NCBI GenBank assembly: GCA_050251415.1
Contig: JBFWMT010000001.1
Location: 15,358 to 79,357 of the forward strand
DNA length: 64,000 nucleotides
DNA from: Anaerotignaceae bacterium
Lineage (GTDB): Bacteria > Bacillota > Clostridia > Lachnospirales > Anaerotignaceae
Reading direction: 5' to 3'
Position 1 is the first letter of the stretch, and every line of letters begins with the position of its first letter. Under the pieces are notes generated by a model. That model did not search any database, was not told the origin of the DNA, and saw nothing but the letters and a program-made list of their open reading frames with translations. Shown in pieces: positions 8,949 through 17,727 of this stretch. The position numbers and the translations under genes were made by a program.

Positions 8949-9298
8949 TGGAGATGAGGAGAATCGAACTCCTGTCCGAAAACCCATCCATAGAAACTTC
9001 TCCCATCACAGTTGCTGTTTTGGTATTTCCCTCAGATAACCGCCCAACAACAGGCTGAAATCCTTGGTAGCTTCATATTTCTTTTTTTACCTCAAAGCTT
9101 TGGCAAAAAAGTTCCCCACAAAGTCGACGCCGGTTACTCTAACTGTGAGAGATTAGAGGCCAACGAGCAGCATTAAGCTGCTAATAAAGAATAATCTTTG
9201 TCGTTTGTTTTAAATTTTTCCGGTTTGATGACGCAGTTACCAGGCCTGCGGATGGCTATTCCTATTTTCAAGACTCCCGTCGAAACCATTACATCCCC
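8949..9298 (-). ncRNA. ssrA: tmRNA (SsrA)
   Basis: - 5' end GGGGATGTAATGGTTTCGACGGG pairs with 3' end ...GGAGTTCGATTCTCCTCATCTCCA, giving an acceptor stem with a G3:U pair and a T-loop GTTCGATTC.
- The internal tag frame ends ...AACGACAAAGATTATTCTTTATTAGCAGCTTAA (NDKDYSLLAA*).
- CCA is not encoded.
- smpB is adjacent. Confidence 0.9.
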
Positions 9299-9356
9299 TT
9301 GAAAATAAATACCGACAAATTCTTCATTTCTAAATAACATCATTAAATAATATTTT

Positions 9357-9839
9357 TTAAAGAGTAAGGTTACGAATCTTAAAGTCCTTGGCAGCCTCAC
9401 GCATTTGGTCGTTTTTTGCCAATGTCTGGCGTTTGTCATAAAGTTTTTTACCTTTTGCAATACCAATATCAATTTTTACAAGGCTTTTATGAAAATATAC
9501 CCTAAGCGGAACAACGGTGTAACCCGTAGCCTGTATTGCCCCTCTTATTTTATTTATTTCGCTTTTATGCAAAAGCAATCGCCTTACACGCAACGGGTCT
9601 TTATTAAAAATATTTCCCTGCTCATACGGACTTATGTGCATGCTATAGATAAATGCCTCTCCGTTTTCAATACGTATGAAGCTTTCTTTAAGGCTGCACT
9701 TGCCTTGCCTAAGACTTTTTACCTCAGTACCTGACAGGGATAATCCAGCCTGAAACGTTTCCTCTATAAAATACTCATGGTATGCTTTTTTATTTTGTGC
9801 TACTAATTTTACAGATGTTTCTTTAGCCAAATCTATCAC
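9357..9839 (-). CDS. smpB: SsrA-binding protein SmpB
   Basis: 160 aa with typical sequence (NKKAYHEYFIEE...GTEVKSLR...LLLHK) and a basic C-terminal tail. Confidence 0.9.
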   Translation of the reverse strand: MIDLAKETSVKLVAQNKKAYHEYFIEETFQAGLSLSGTEVKSLRQGKCSLKESFIRIENGEAFIYSMHISPYEQGNIFNKDPLRVRRLLLHKSEINKIRGAIQATGYTVVPLRVYFHKSLVKIDIGIAKGKKLYDKRQTLAKNDQMREAAKDFKIRNLTL

Positions 9840-9951
9840 CTCACATTACTTTACATCCTAACTCTAGGTATTATAACACATATCATTTAAAAATAGTATT
9901 AAAAAAATATTACAAAAAAGGAGAAGATTTCTCTCCTCCTTATGCATTACA

Positions 9952-10863
9952 TTAGTACCCTGCTTCTATGCCCTTTATAATAAGGTTCATCATGTTGTTC
10001 CAAGGAGTTTCAACACCCAGCTCCTTACCATATCTTATTGCAACGCCTGAAAAATAGTCAACCTCTGTTTTCCTTTTTGCCTCAACATCCTGTGCCATGG
10101 AGGTTTTTCCTTCAGGATTAAAAGCAGGTAACAATTCATCATAGGCATAGGCGTCCTCTTTTGTTATGTTAATTCCTTTTTTCTGCGCCAGAGCAATAAC
10201 CTCCAGCATAACTTGATGCATAGCCTCGTTTATCTGCGGAACATTTAGAAATCCACCATATCCACAACCGATAATAGCTGAAAGTTGATTAGTGCTTACA
10301 TTAATCATCCACTTGCGCCACATAGTTCTAAGCATATCCTCGCAAATTTCGCTTTCTATGCCAGATTTATCAAATACTTCCTTCACTGCCGAAACGTCTG
10401 AGGCAACGGGTACATTTTTCGCATTACCAAATTGAATAACACCATCACTGGAATTAGTAATGCCGTCATCGGTTCTTACAGCATCAATGCCCAAAGCTAT
10501 ACCATAAAGTACATTGTTATTGGGGTACGCACCTTTAAGTTCATCTACTGCAGTAACTCCGTTTAATAAAGGAAGAAGTATTGTATCATCCGTAACCATA
10601 TTTCTAACGTCTTCAATGGCCTCCGCAAGCTGGTAATTTTTTACCGTAAAAATAATCAAATCTGCTTTCCAATCATCATTCTTTGGGCTAACAACCTTAG
10701 GTAAAACCAAGGTGCCGTTAACCTTTACACCAGTGGTCTTTATTCGCTGGCCACGTGCACCGCCTGCAACAACAGTAAAGTCGTTGCAGCCATTTATAAG
10801 TCCTTTGGCATATATACATCCAATTGCTCCAAAACCAACCAACGCAACCTTATTAATTTCCAT
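9952..10863 (-). CDS. panE: 2-dehydropantoate 2-reductase (ketopantoate reductase, ApbA/PanE family)
   Basis: Rossmann motif VGFGAIG at the N-terminus, ~300 aa, ApbA-like C-terminus. Start trimmed to MEINKVALVG. Confidence 0.65.
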   Translation of the reverse strand: MEINKVALVGFGAIGCIYAKGLINGCNDFTVVAGGARGQRIKTTGVKVNGTLVLPKVVSPKNDDWKADLIIFTVKNYQLAEAIEDVRNMVTDDTILLPLLNGVTAVDELKGAYPNNNVLYGIALGIDAVRTDDGITNSSDGVIQFGNAKNVPVASDVSAVKEVFDKSGIESEICEDMLRTMWRKWMINVSTNQLSAIIGCGYGGFLNVPQINEAMHQVMLEVIALAQKKGINITKEDAYAYDELLPAFNPEGKTSMAQDVEAKRKTEVDYFSGVAIRYGKELGVETPWNNMMNLIIKGIEAGY

Positions 10864-13015
10864 CCGTCTGCTCACCACTTTCCTGCGTAAACACAAAATC
10901 TATAGTCCTCTGTTCCTTGTCTGCTTTAGCCACCATAACAGTTACCTTATCGCCAAGCCTATAAATTTTGTTCTTTCTCCGTCCAATAACCTGAAGATTA
11001 ACCTCATCAAAATCATAAAAATCGTCTGTCATGCCATTTAAAGCAACCATTCCCTCAACAGTATTATCAAGCTCTACATAAATACCCCAGCCCGTAACGC
11101 CAGAAATTATGCCGCTAAACACCTGTCCAATTCGTTCACTCATATATTCAACCATTTTCAGCTTGTCAGTTTCTCTTTCTGCTTCTTCCGCAAGCCTTTC
11201 TTTAGATGAACACTGCTTGCAAACAACAGGAAGAATTCTAAAATAGTGCGTTGCTCTATTTTGCTCAAGGTTTCCTTTAAGGTTATCCTTAATTATTCTG
11301 TGTATCTGCAAATCTGGATAACGCCTTATAGGCGATGTAAAATGGCAGTAATATTTAGCCGCCAAGCCAAAATGCCCCAGGTTTTCCTCTTGGTACCTTG
11401 CCTGTTTCATGCTTCTAAGCACAATTCGGCTTATAATATGCTCCTCTGGCTTACCTGCAACTGCATTAAGTATAGCCTGGATTTCTTTTGGATGTACTTC
11501 GTTTTGTCCTTTAATTCTATAGCCGAAAGTACGAAGCAGTTTTTTCATATTTTCAACCTTTTCATCATCTGGTGTTTCGTGATTTCTGTATACAAACGGA
11601 GCTTCCTGCCAGTAATAATCTTCAGCTACAGTTTCATTGCTCACAAGCATAAATTCCTCTATCAGGTTGGTTGCCCAATTTCTATCATATGGTGCTATAT
11701 CCAAAACCTTTCCGTTATTATCCAATACAATCTTAGCCTCTGGAAAATCGAAATTTACACTACCCCTGTGCTGACGCTTTTTACCAAGAATCAATCTAAG
11801 CTTATTCATATCTTTAAGCATAGGTACAAAGTCTTTGTATTCTTCACAAAGTTCAGGGTCATCAAACTGAATTATTTTGTTTACCTTAGTATAAGTAAGG
11901 CGGGCAAAAGAGTGAATAACGCTTTCGCAAATTTTGTGTGCCACAACCTCACCACTTCGGCTTATTTCCATAACACAGCTTAATGTAAGCCTGTCCTCAT
12001 TTGGAATAAGGGAGCATATACCATTGCTAAGCTTATGAGGTATCATAGGAATTACCCTATCAACTAAATAGTAGCTGGTACCTCTGTTGTATGCCTCTTT
12101 GTCTAACGGAGAACCCTCAGTTACATAGTGGCTTACATCCGCAATGTGCACACCAAGCTGGAAATTTCCATTTTCCAAAATATCCAAGCTAACGGCATCA
12201 TCAAAATCCTTGCTATCGTCACCGTCTATGGTAACCGTCATAATATTTCTAAAGTCTTCACGACCTTCAATTTCAGCACTTGTAATATCCAAATTGATTT
12301 TTTCAGTTTGAGCATAGGCCGCTTCATTAAAATCTTGAGGTAAATCGTACTGGCGTATAATAGATAAAATATCCACACCAGGGTCATCTATATGCCCCAA
12401 AATTTCAGTTACAATCCCCTCTGGACTTCTACTGCCATCTGGACGTTTTGTAATTTTAACTACCACCTTGTGCCCGCTTACTGCACCCTTTGTGTTTTCT
12501 TTGGATACAAATATATCCTGGGCAATTTTTTTATCATCGCACGTAACAAAGCCGAACCCCTTTAATAGCTCAAATGTACCAACTAAGTTATCTGTACCCT
12601 TTTCAACAATGCTAACAATCTGTCCCTCAGCACGTTTGCCATTTGAGGCTATAGTGGTTAATCTTACCATAACCCTGTCTTTGTGCATAGCGCCGCCAGT
12701 ATATTCAGCCGGAATAAAAATATCCCTGTCAAAGCCCTCATCCGCAGTAACAAAGCCAAACCCTTTAGCATTCCCTGTAAACACACCAGCCACCATATTA
12801 AGCTCTTTGGGCAGCATAATTTTGCCCTTTTTAGTTTCAATAACCTTACCCTCGCTTAACAATTGGCTGATAATATCTTCAAACTGCTCTCTCTCATCTG
12901 CTGGTACGTCTAAAATCACACTCAGCTCATGTCTTTTAAGTGGAAGATAGTCTTCGCTTTTAATATATTGATAAACTCGTTCCTTGCGTCCGTTCATAAT
13001 CTCGTCATTTTTCAT
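10853..13015 (-). CDS. rnr: Ribonuclease R
   Basis: Cold-shock-like domains (GFGFV twice), RNB catalytic domain (DDAVS...HIADVS...) and a C-terminal S1 domain. Start trimmed to ATG 13015 with RBS AAGGTGGTG. Confidence 0.9.
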   Translation of the reverse strand: MKNDEIMNGRKERVYQYIKSEDYLPLKRHELSVILDVPADEREQFEDIISQLLSEGKVIETKKGKIMLPKELNMVAGVFTGNAKGFGFVTADEGFDRDIFIPAEYTGGAMHKDRVMVRLTTIASNGKRAEGQIVSIVEKGTDNLVGTFELLKGFGFVTCDDKKIAQDIFVSKENTKGAVSGHKVVVKITKRPDGSRSPEGIVTEILGHIDDPGVDILSIIRQYDLPQDFNEAAYAQTEKINLDITSAEIEGREDFRNIMTVTIDGDDSKDFDDAVSLDILENGNFQLGVHIADVSHYVTEGSPLDKEAYNRGTSYYLVDRVIPMIPHKLSNGICSLIPNEDRLTLSCVMEISRSGEVVAHKICESVIHSFARLTYTKVNKIIQFDDPELCEEYKDFVPMLKDMNKLRLILGKKRQHRGSVNFDFPEAKIVLDNNGKVLDIAPYDRNWATNLIEEFMLVSNETVAEDYYWQEAPFVYRNHETPDDEKVENMKKLLRTFGYRIKGQNEVHPKEIQAILNAVAGKPEEHIISRIVLRSMKQARYQEENLGHFGLAAKYYCHFTSPIRRYPDLQIHRIIKDNLKGNLEQNRATHYFRILPVVCKQCSSKERLAEEAERETDKLKMVEYMSERIGQVFSGIISGVTGWGIYVELDNTVEGMVALNGMTDDFYDFDEVNLQVIGRRKNKIYRLGDKVTVMVAKADKEQRTIDFVFTQESGEQTDGN

Positions 13016-13222
13016 AAGTATGCACCACCTTATCCTTATTATACCAAAACCTAGCAATAATATAAAGCATTTGTCTTTTATTATTAACAAATACATGATA
13101 AAATAGTAAAAAATCGGTTGAAAACGCCAATACTTTGGGGAATTTAATTCAAATACCCCTTGTAATATAATTTAAAATTATATTTTTCTTTTCAACTAAA
13201 AAATGATAACGAGGTGTATTGT

Positions 13223-13744
13223 ATGAAATCATTAGTAGGCATAATAATGGGCAGTGATTCCGACCTTCCAGTAATGAGTGAAGCGGCAAAGATACTTGAC
13301 AAGTTTGAAATAAGTTACGAACTTACAATAGTATCTGCCCACAGAACCCCTGACCGCATGTATGACTATGCCAAAGCTGCACATGCAAAAGGCATTAAGG
13401 TAATTATAGCAGGAGCAGGCGGTGCCGCACATCTTCCTGGCATGACGGCGGCCCTAACAAGCATTCCTGTTATAGGTGTGCCTGTTAAAACTTCTACCCT
13501 AAGCGGTGTAGACTCTCTGTATTCTATATGCCAAATGCCGCCAGGAATACCTGTTGCAACAGTTGCAATAAACGGTGCACAAAATGCTGGAATACTTGCA
13601 GCACAAATAATAGGTGCATTTGATGAAGATGTGTACACACGTATTAATGCTTTTAAAGCAGAACTTGAAGAAACCGTTGAGAAAAAGGCTGAAACCCTTG
13701 AAGATATAAAATATTCAGTATATCTTCAAAACATGGGCAAATAA
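13223..13744 (+). CDS. purE: N5-carboxyaminoimidazole ribonucleotide mutase
   Basis: Motifs [19 protein letters not shown] and AGGAAHLPG. Start ATG 13223 lies after GAGGTG. Confidence 0.9.
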   Translation: MKSLVGIIMGSDSDLPVMSEAAKILDKFEISYELTIVSAHRTPDRMYDYAKAAHAKGIKVIIAGAGGAAHLPGMTAALTSIPVIGVPVKTSTLSGVDSLYSICQMPPGIPVATVAINGAQNAGILAAQIIGAFDEDVYTRINAFKAELEETVEKKAETLEDIKYSVYLQNMGK

Positions 13745-13759
13745 TTCGGTCTTGATTTC

Positions 13760-13879
13760 TTATTTACGTCTGAATCTTCCTTTGCAGCCGCCGCATCTTC
13801 TGTTGCATCCGCAGCCCCTATTGCAGCAGAAAAGATAATATATTATAGGCACAGAAATTAACACAACTATAACAAACAT
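13760..13879 (-). CDS. Unannotated 39-aa membrane-anchored Cys-rich peptide
   Basis: My own translation: MFVIVVLISVPIIYYLFCCNRGCGCNRRCGGCKGRFRRK. RBS AAGGGGG sits 7 nt upstream. Below the ORF-track length cutoff. Confidence 0.45.
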   Translation of the reverse strand: MFVIVVLISVPIIYYLFCCNRGCGCNRRCGGCKGRFRRK

Positions 13880-13882
13880 ACG

Positions 13883-13923
13883 AAAACCCCCTTTACTTAT
13901 TCTATTCAGTAAAAGGGGGTTTT
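13883..13923. terminator. Strong GC-cored hairpin (purE terminator; also sequesters the RBS of the small minus-strand ORF)
   Basis: aaaaccccctttact-N10-agtaaaagggggtttt, followed by TTTTG on the plus strand. Confidence 0.6.
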
Positions 13924-14132
13924 GACGCTATCTAGTATTTATTATTTCTTTTGATTTTAAACCTTTAAAAATTCAATTTTCTCTTAAATGTAGCTACAAA
14001 AGCCCTTTTATTGGCACATGTTTATGCATTGTTGTGCATTAAAATGGGTTGTAAAGGTTGAATACTTTACGCTGTTGTGTTAATATTAGTCATTATATTA
14101 TAATTTCTTTTATTGAAAGGGGCTTTAAACAC

Positions 14133-15689
14133 ATGGAATCAATTAACGTTGGGTTTTTGTCATTAATTCCGCCAATTATTGCAATTGGTTTGGCACTGGT
14201 GACAAAAGAGGTTATTTCCTCACTGATTATCGGTATCCTTTCTGGAACATTTATCTATTCTGCCTATACAACTACAGGCATAACAGATATACTTGTGGGT
14301 ACAGTGAGTACAACTGTAAATCTTATGAGCAGTAAATTTGCCGATAATGTATCTATTGTAATTTTTCTTTGCCTATTAGGTGCACTTGTTGTTGTTATAA
14401 CAAAGGCAGGTGGCTCTAAAGCCTATGGGGACTGGGCAAGTAAAAAAATCAAATCTCGTGTTGGCGCACAGCTTGCAACAAGTGCATTAGGTGCACTTAT
14501 TTTTATTGACGACTATTTCAACTGCCTTACAGTAGGCACTGTTATGCGTCCCGTAACCGACAAATACAAAATTTCACACGCAAAGCTTGCATACATAATA
14601 GATGCAACAGCAGCGCCTGTTTGTATTATTGCACCAGTGTCTTCGTGGGCAGCATCTGTAATAAGCCAGATGGGTGACACAGGCTTAAACGGTATGGACT
14701 CTTTCATTCAGTCTATTCCTTTTAATCTATACGCAATACTTACGATTATAATGATTATTATTCTTTCGGTTACCGACTTGGAATTTGGACCTATGGAAAA
14801 ATTTGAGGAAGCTGCTATTAATAATGGAGATTTAGACTACGGGCACGCTCCTGCAACAGCAGGCACGGATGCCGAACTTAATAAGTTGGAAATTAACCCT
14901 AATGGCAAAGTTTCAGACCTAGTTATACCTATTGCTGCACTTATTGTTTTCTCTATACTTTCCATGCTTTATGTTGGTGGGTATTTTGAAGGCGGCATGT
15001 CTATTGCAGATGGATTCGGAAACACAGATGCAGGTTCAGCACTTGCTCTTTCAAGCTTTGTTTCCCTTATTGTTGCTTTTCTTCTTTTTGTACCAAGACG
15101 AGCTGTATCTTTTAAAGACTTTATGTCAGGTATTAGTGATGGTGTAAAATCTATGGCTGATGCTATTATTATACTTGTACTTGCTTGGACAATAAGTGGT
15201 GTTTGCCGTAACCTTCTTTCAACAGGAGATTACGTAAGCAGTATTGTTGCCGCTTCCAACATGCCTATTATGCTTATACCTGCAATTATATTCGTTGTTG
15301 CAGCTTTCCTCTCATTTTCAATGGGTACAAGCTGGGGCACATTTGGTATTCTTATACCTATAATTGCAACAATCTGTACCTCTGTTGCCCCACACCTCAC
15401 TATCATTGCCTTATCTGCAACACTTGCAGGTTCTGTGTTTGGAGACCATTGCTCCCCTATTTCAGATACAACAATACTTTCAAGTACAGGTGCGGCATGT
15501 AACCACATAGACCATGTTTCAACACAGATACCTTACGCTTGTGTTGTTGCTGGGTGCTGTATTTTAGGTTACATCGTTGCTGGTTTTACAACAAGCCTTA
15601 TTGCAACATGGATAGTATCGATTGGTGCACTTATAGTTGTTACAATGATACTTCACAAATTATCTGTAAAAAAACAGCCGAATAGCTAA
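14133..15689 (+). CDS. nhaC: Na+/H+ antiporter NhaC-family membrane transporter
   Basis: About 12 TM segments. N-terminus SLIPPIIAIGLALVTKEV and the overall pattern are typical of the NhaC family. Start trimmed to ATG 14133. Confidence 0.7.
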   Translation: MESINVGFLSLIPPIIAIGLALVTKEVISSLIIGILSGTFIYSAYTTTGITDILVGTVSTTVNLMSSKFADNVSIVIFLCLLGALVVVITKAGGSKAYGDWASKKIKSRVGAQLATSALGALIFIDDYFNCLTVGTVMRPVTDKYKISHAKLAYIIDATAAPVCIIAPVSSWAASVISQMGDTGLNGMDSFIQSIPFNLYAILTIIMIIILSVTDLEFGPMEKFEEAAINNGDLDYGHAPATAGTDAELNKLEINPNGKVSDLVIPIAALIVFSILSMLYVGGYFEGGMSIADGFGNTDAGSALALSSFVSLIVAFLLFVPRRAVSFKDFMSGISDGVKSMADAIIILVLAWTISGVCRNLLSTGDYVSSIVAASNMPIMLIPAIIFVVAAFLSFSMGTSWGTFGILIPIIATICTSVAPHLTIIALSATLAGSVFGDHCSPISDTTILSSTGAACNHIDHVSTQIPYACVVAGCCILGYIVAGFTTSLIATWIVSIGALIVVTMILHKLSVKKQPNS

Positions 15690-15712
15690 TGAAACTAAAA
15701 TCTAAAGATTGT

Positions 15713-15750
15713 ACAAAAAAAAGAACCTGTAATTATGGGTTCTTTTTTTG
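15713..15750. terminator. Bidirectional intrinsic terminator
   Basis: aaaaaaaagaacc-N10-ggttcttttttt, between convergent genes. Confidence 0.7.
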
Positions 15751-15755
15751 TACAG

Positions 15756-15989
15756 TTATATTGCCATTACATTATCCTGGCTTTCTTCGTTTGAGTCCAT
15801 TAAAAACAAGTCATTCGGTGTACAATCAAGTAATTTGCAAATTTCTTCTATAACCTCATACCGTATGGACGATGTTTCGTTGTTTACCATTTTGTTAAAA
15901 TTCTGATAACTCATACCCAGTCTTTTGTAAAGCCAGTACTTTGTCTTACCATTATTTTTAAGTAATGTAAGCACGTCTAATTTAACCAT
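15756..15989 (-). CDS. XRE-family helix-turn-helix transcriptional regulator
   Basis: 77 aa. KYWLYKRLGMSYQNFNKMVNNETSSIRYEVIEEICKLLDCTPNDLF is a classic Cro/C1 HTH. Confidence 0.7.
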   Translation of the reverse strand: MVKLDVLTLLKNNGKTKYWLYKRLGMSYQNFNKMVNNETSSIRYEVIEEICKLLDCTPNDLFLMDSNEESQDNVMAI

Positions 15990-16200
15990 TTCTCATACCC
16001 CCATTTAGTTTATTTGTTTTTACACCAAATTAGTAAAAAAATAAGCGAACCTCCCCATGGAAAGTCCGCTTTGACTATACGTATTTATTTAATTATATCT
16101 TTCATATACATTATACACCTATTCTTTTCATTAAACAATACATTTTTTATTTTTTTGCAAACTTAAATCTATAAAATTATAAATGGTAGTTTTCAAACAC

Positions 16201-16451
16201 TTATGCTTTTTTGTTGTTCAGCCTTTGCCGCCCTTCATAGTCCATATAAAAATCCTCTTTATGTATCAGGCTACTTAAAGGCACTATCTCATAACCTTTT
16301 TCCTTTAACCCTTTTATTATAGAATCCAGTGCTTGCGGAGTGTACTTTGCATCATTATGGAAAAGTATGATTGACCCATTACCCAAATGCTTGTGATTTA
16401 GCACTTGATTTACTTCCCTTTCCACACCATACTCTTTCCAATCCAAACTAT
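16201..16451 (-). pseudogene. 3' fragment of a split NodB-family (PdaB-like) polysaccharide deacetylase gene
   Basis: Encodes (D)SLDWKEYGV...GSIILFHND...GYEIVPLSSLI, i.e. NodB motifs 4-5 and the C-terminus. The first ~24 codons of track ORF 16201-16521 come from insert DNA. Confidence 0.8.
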
Positions 16452-16475
16452 CACTGCTGGATACAAGGTAAAACC
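16437..16475. other. Left att junction (gene arm + element arm)
   Basis: ccaatccaaactATCActGCTGGATACAAGGTAAAACC. The 20-nt element arm at 16456-16475 is the inverted repeat of 33179-33198. Confidence 0.65.
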
Positions 16476-16486
16476 TTGTAACACCA

Positions 16487-17626
16487 CTATTCAAGCACAT
16501 TAAAAACGTTTCTATCTTCATTGCCCAGGCTATTCAGTAACGTATACCCTAAAATATCCACAGCCCCATCATCTTTTGTATCGTCTTTTTCAGGATAGTT
16601 TGATAATATCACAACAACAGTTTTATGCTCTTTGTCAATACCTAGAAAACTTGTATAAGATGATGTACCGCCATTGTGCCATATATATCCACTTTCAGGG
16701 TCAATGATCCACCCTAGTCCCATGGAAATTCCGTCATCTTCAAATGTTTCATAAACTTCATGTGATAAAGCAAGATAGTTAGGTGAATCATTTAAGTGCA
16801 TTTCACCATATTTTAACAAATCAGTCACAGTGGATACAATACCTGCCGCAGCAAAGTATGTATCGTCATCATTCCATGCCCAATAACTATTCATATCCCC
16901 TGTTCCATTTCCAAGGCGAGTTTTCATAAGCCCAAGGTCATTTTTAATATAATTTTCAGATAGCGATTTAAATGTAGTACTGTATACATCACCAAGAACA
17001 GTACCCAATACTGCGTATCCGAAATTAGAATATTCCCAACCATAAGATTCTTCTTTCAAAACATGTAATTGTATATCTTCTAATATATCTGCTGCGTTGA
17101 TTCCCTGATATATGTTCTGTTTCTTTTCGTAAAAGTTCTCATTTACCATGTTCAGTTCTTCATCGGATAATGTAGAAGAGTCAAAGGGATATTCCCCATA
17201 CCCTGATGTATGTGTTGCTAGGCTTAGAATATCAGGATAAAATGTGTTAGACTCCAAGCTCAGATATTTTGAAATGCTATCATTTAAATTTATATGGCCA
17301 TCCGCTATTGCTTTGGAAAGCATGGAAGCCGTAAAAGTTTTGGAAATAGAACCAATTTCATATTCGTATTCAACTGGGGTCAATTCTTTGCCATTATAAC
17401 CATATAGCTTATAATTTATTTCATCTGCTTTCAACACACCAATAGTTAATTTTACATCTCTTTTGTCTGTTGTATATGTTTCAATCATGGAAGATATGGA
17501 TGCTGTATTATTTTGATTCGCTGCAAAAAAGCCTTTATCCCAATTATTTAAAAGTAATATTGCACCAGTGAACCCCAATATTACTACACCAATAGTAATT
17601 AATGCTTTCTTCGATTTAATCTTCAT
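16487..17626 (-). CDS. Membrane-anchored serine hydrolase of the beta-lactamase/PBP (class C-like) family
   Basis: N-terminal TM segment, then SxxK (SISKTF), YxN (YSNFGY) and HNGGT motifs. Confidence 0.7.
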   Translation of the reverse strand: MKIKSKKALITIGVVILGFTGAILLLNNWDKGFFAANQNNTASISSMIETYTTDKRDVKLTIGVLKADEINYKLYGYNGKELTPVEYEYEIGSISKTFTASMLSKAIADGHINLNDSISKYLSLESNTFYPDILSLATHTSGYGEYPFDSSTLSDEELNMVNENFYEKKQNIYQGINAADILEDIQLHVLKEESYGWEYSNFGYAVLGTVLGDVYSTTFKSLSENYIKNDLGLMKTRLGNGTGDMNSYWAWNDDDTYFAAAGIVSTVTDLLKYGEMHLNDSPNYLALSHEVYETFEDDGISMGLGWIIDPESGYIWHNGGTSSYTSFLGIDKEHKTVVVILSNYPEKDDTKDDGAVDILGYTLLNSLGNEDRNVFNVLE

Positions 17627-17727
17627 TTCAGCTTCTCCTTTATATTTAATTATCTATTTATAATTCATACTAAAATACATACGAGTGAACAACTATTTTG
17701 TATGAATATATAGCCTAAATAGATAAA

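Noticed and set aside
9173-9472. 99-aa minus-strand ORF from the track.
   Set aside because: It lies over the tmRNA gene, and its C-terminus (..NDKDYSLLAA) is simply the tmRNA tag frame. It is not a protein gene.
10853-10863. 11-nt overlap between the rnr stop and the panE-like start, a possible frameshift or fusion.
   Set aside because: The frames differ and both proteins are full length. Short overlaps are normal operon coupling.
11246-11983. 245-aa plus-strand ORF, and similar long antisense ORFs (12468-12950, 34541-35140, 49294-49779, 52353-53006, 56750-57250, 47515-47916, 47711-48103).
   Set aside because: All are antisense to well-supported genes (rnr, HAD, glgP, prfA, LysM protein, lipoprotein). 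They have low-complexity, Phe/Ile/Ser-rich translations typical of AT-rich antisense frames, and they lack RBSs.
13097-13222. Looked for a purine riboswitch upstream of purE.
   Set aside because: The region is only ~125 nt and lacks the conserved purine-aptamer loops. Only a promoter-like TGtaaTATAAT and a small hairpin are visible.
16487-17626. Beta-lactamase-family gene at the edge of a mobile insert, a possible antibiotic-resistance cargo.
   Set aside because: The motifs (SxxK, YxN, HxG) and the membrane anchor fit the broad class-C-like esterase/PBP family. Nothing in the sequence indicates a genuine beta-lactamase.
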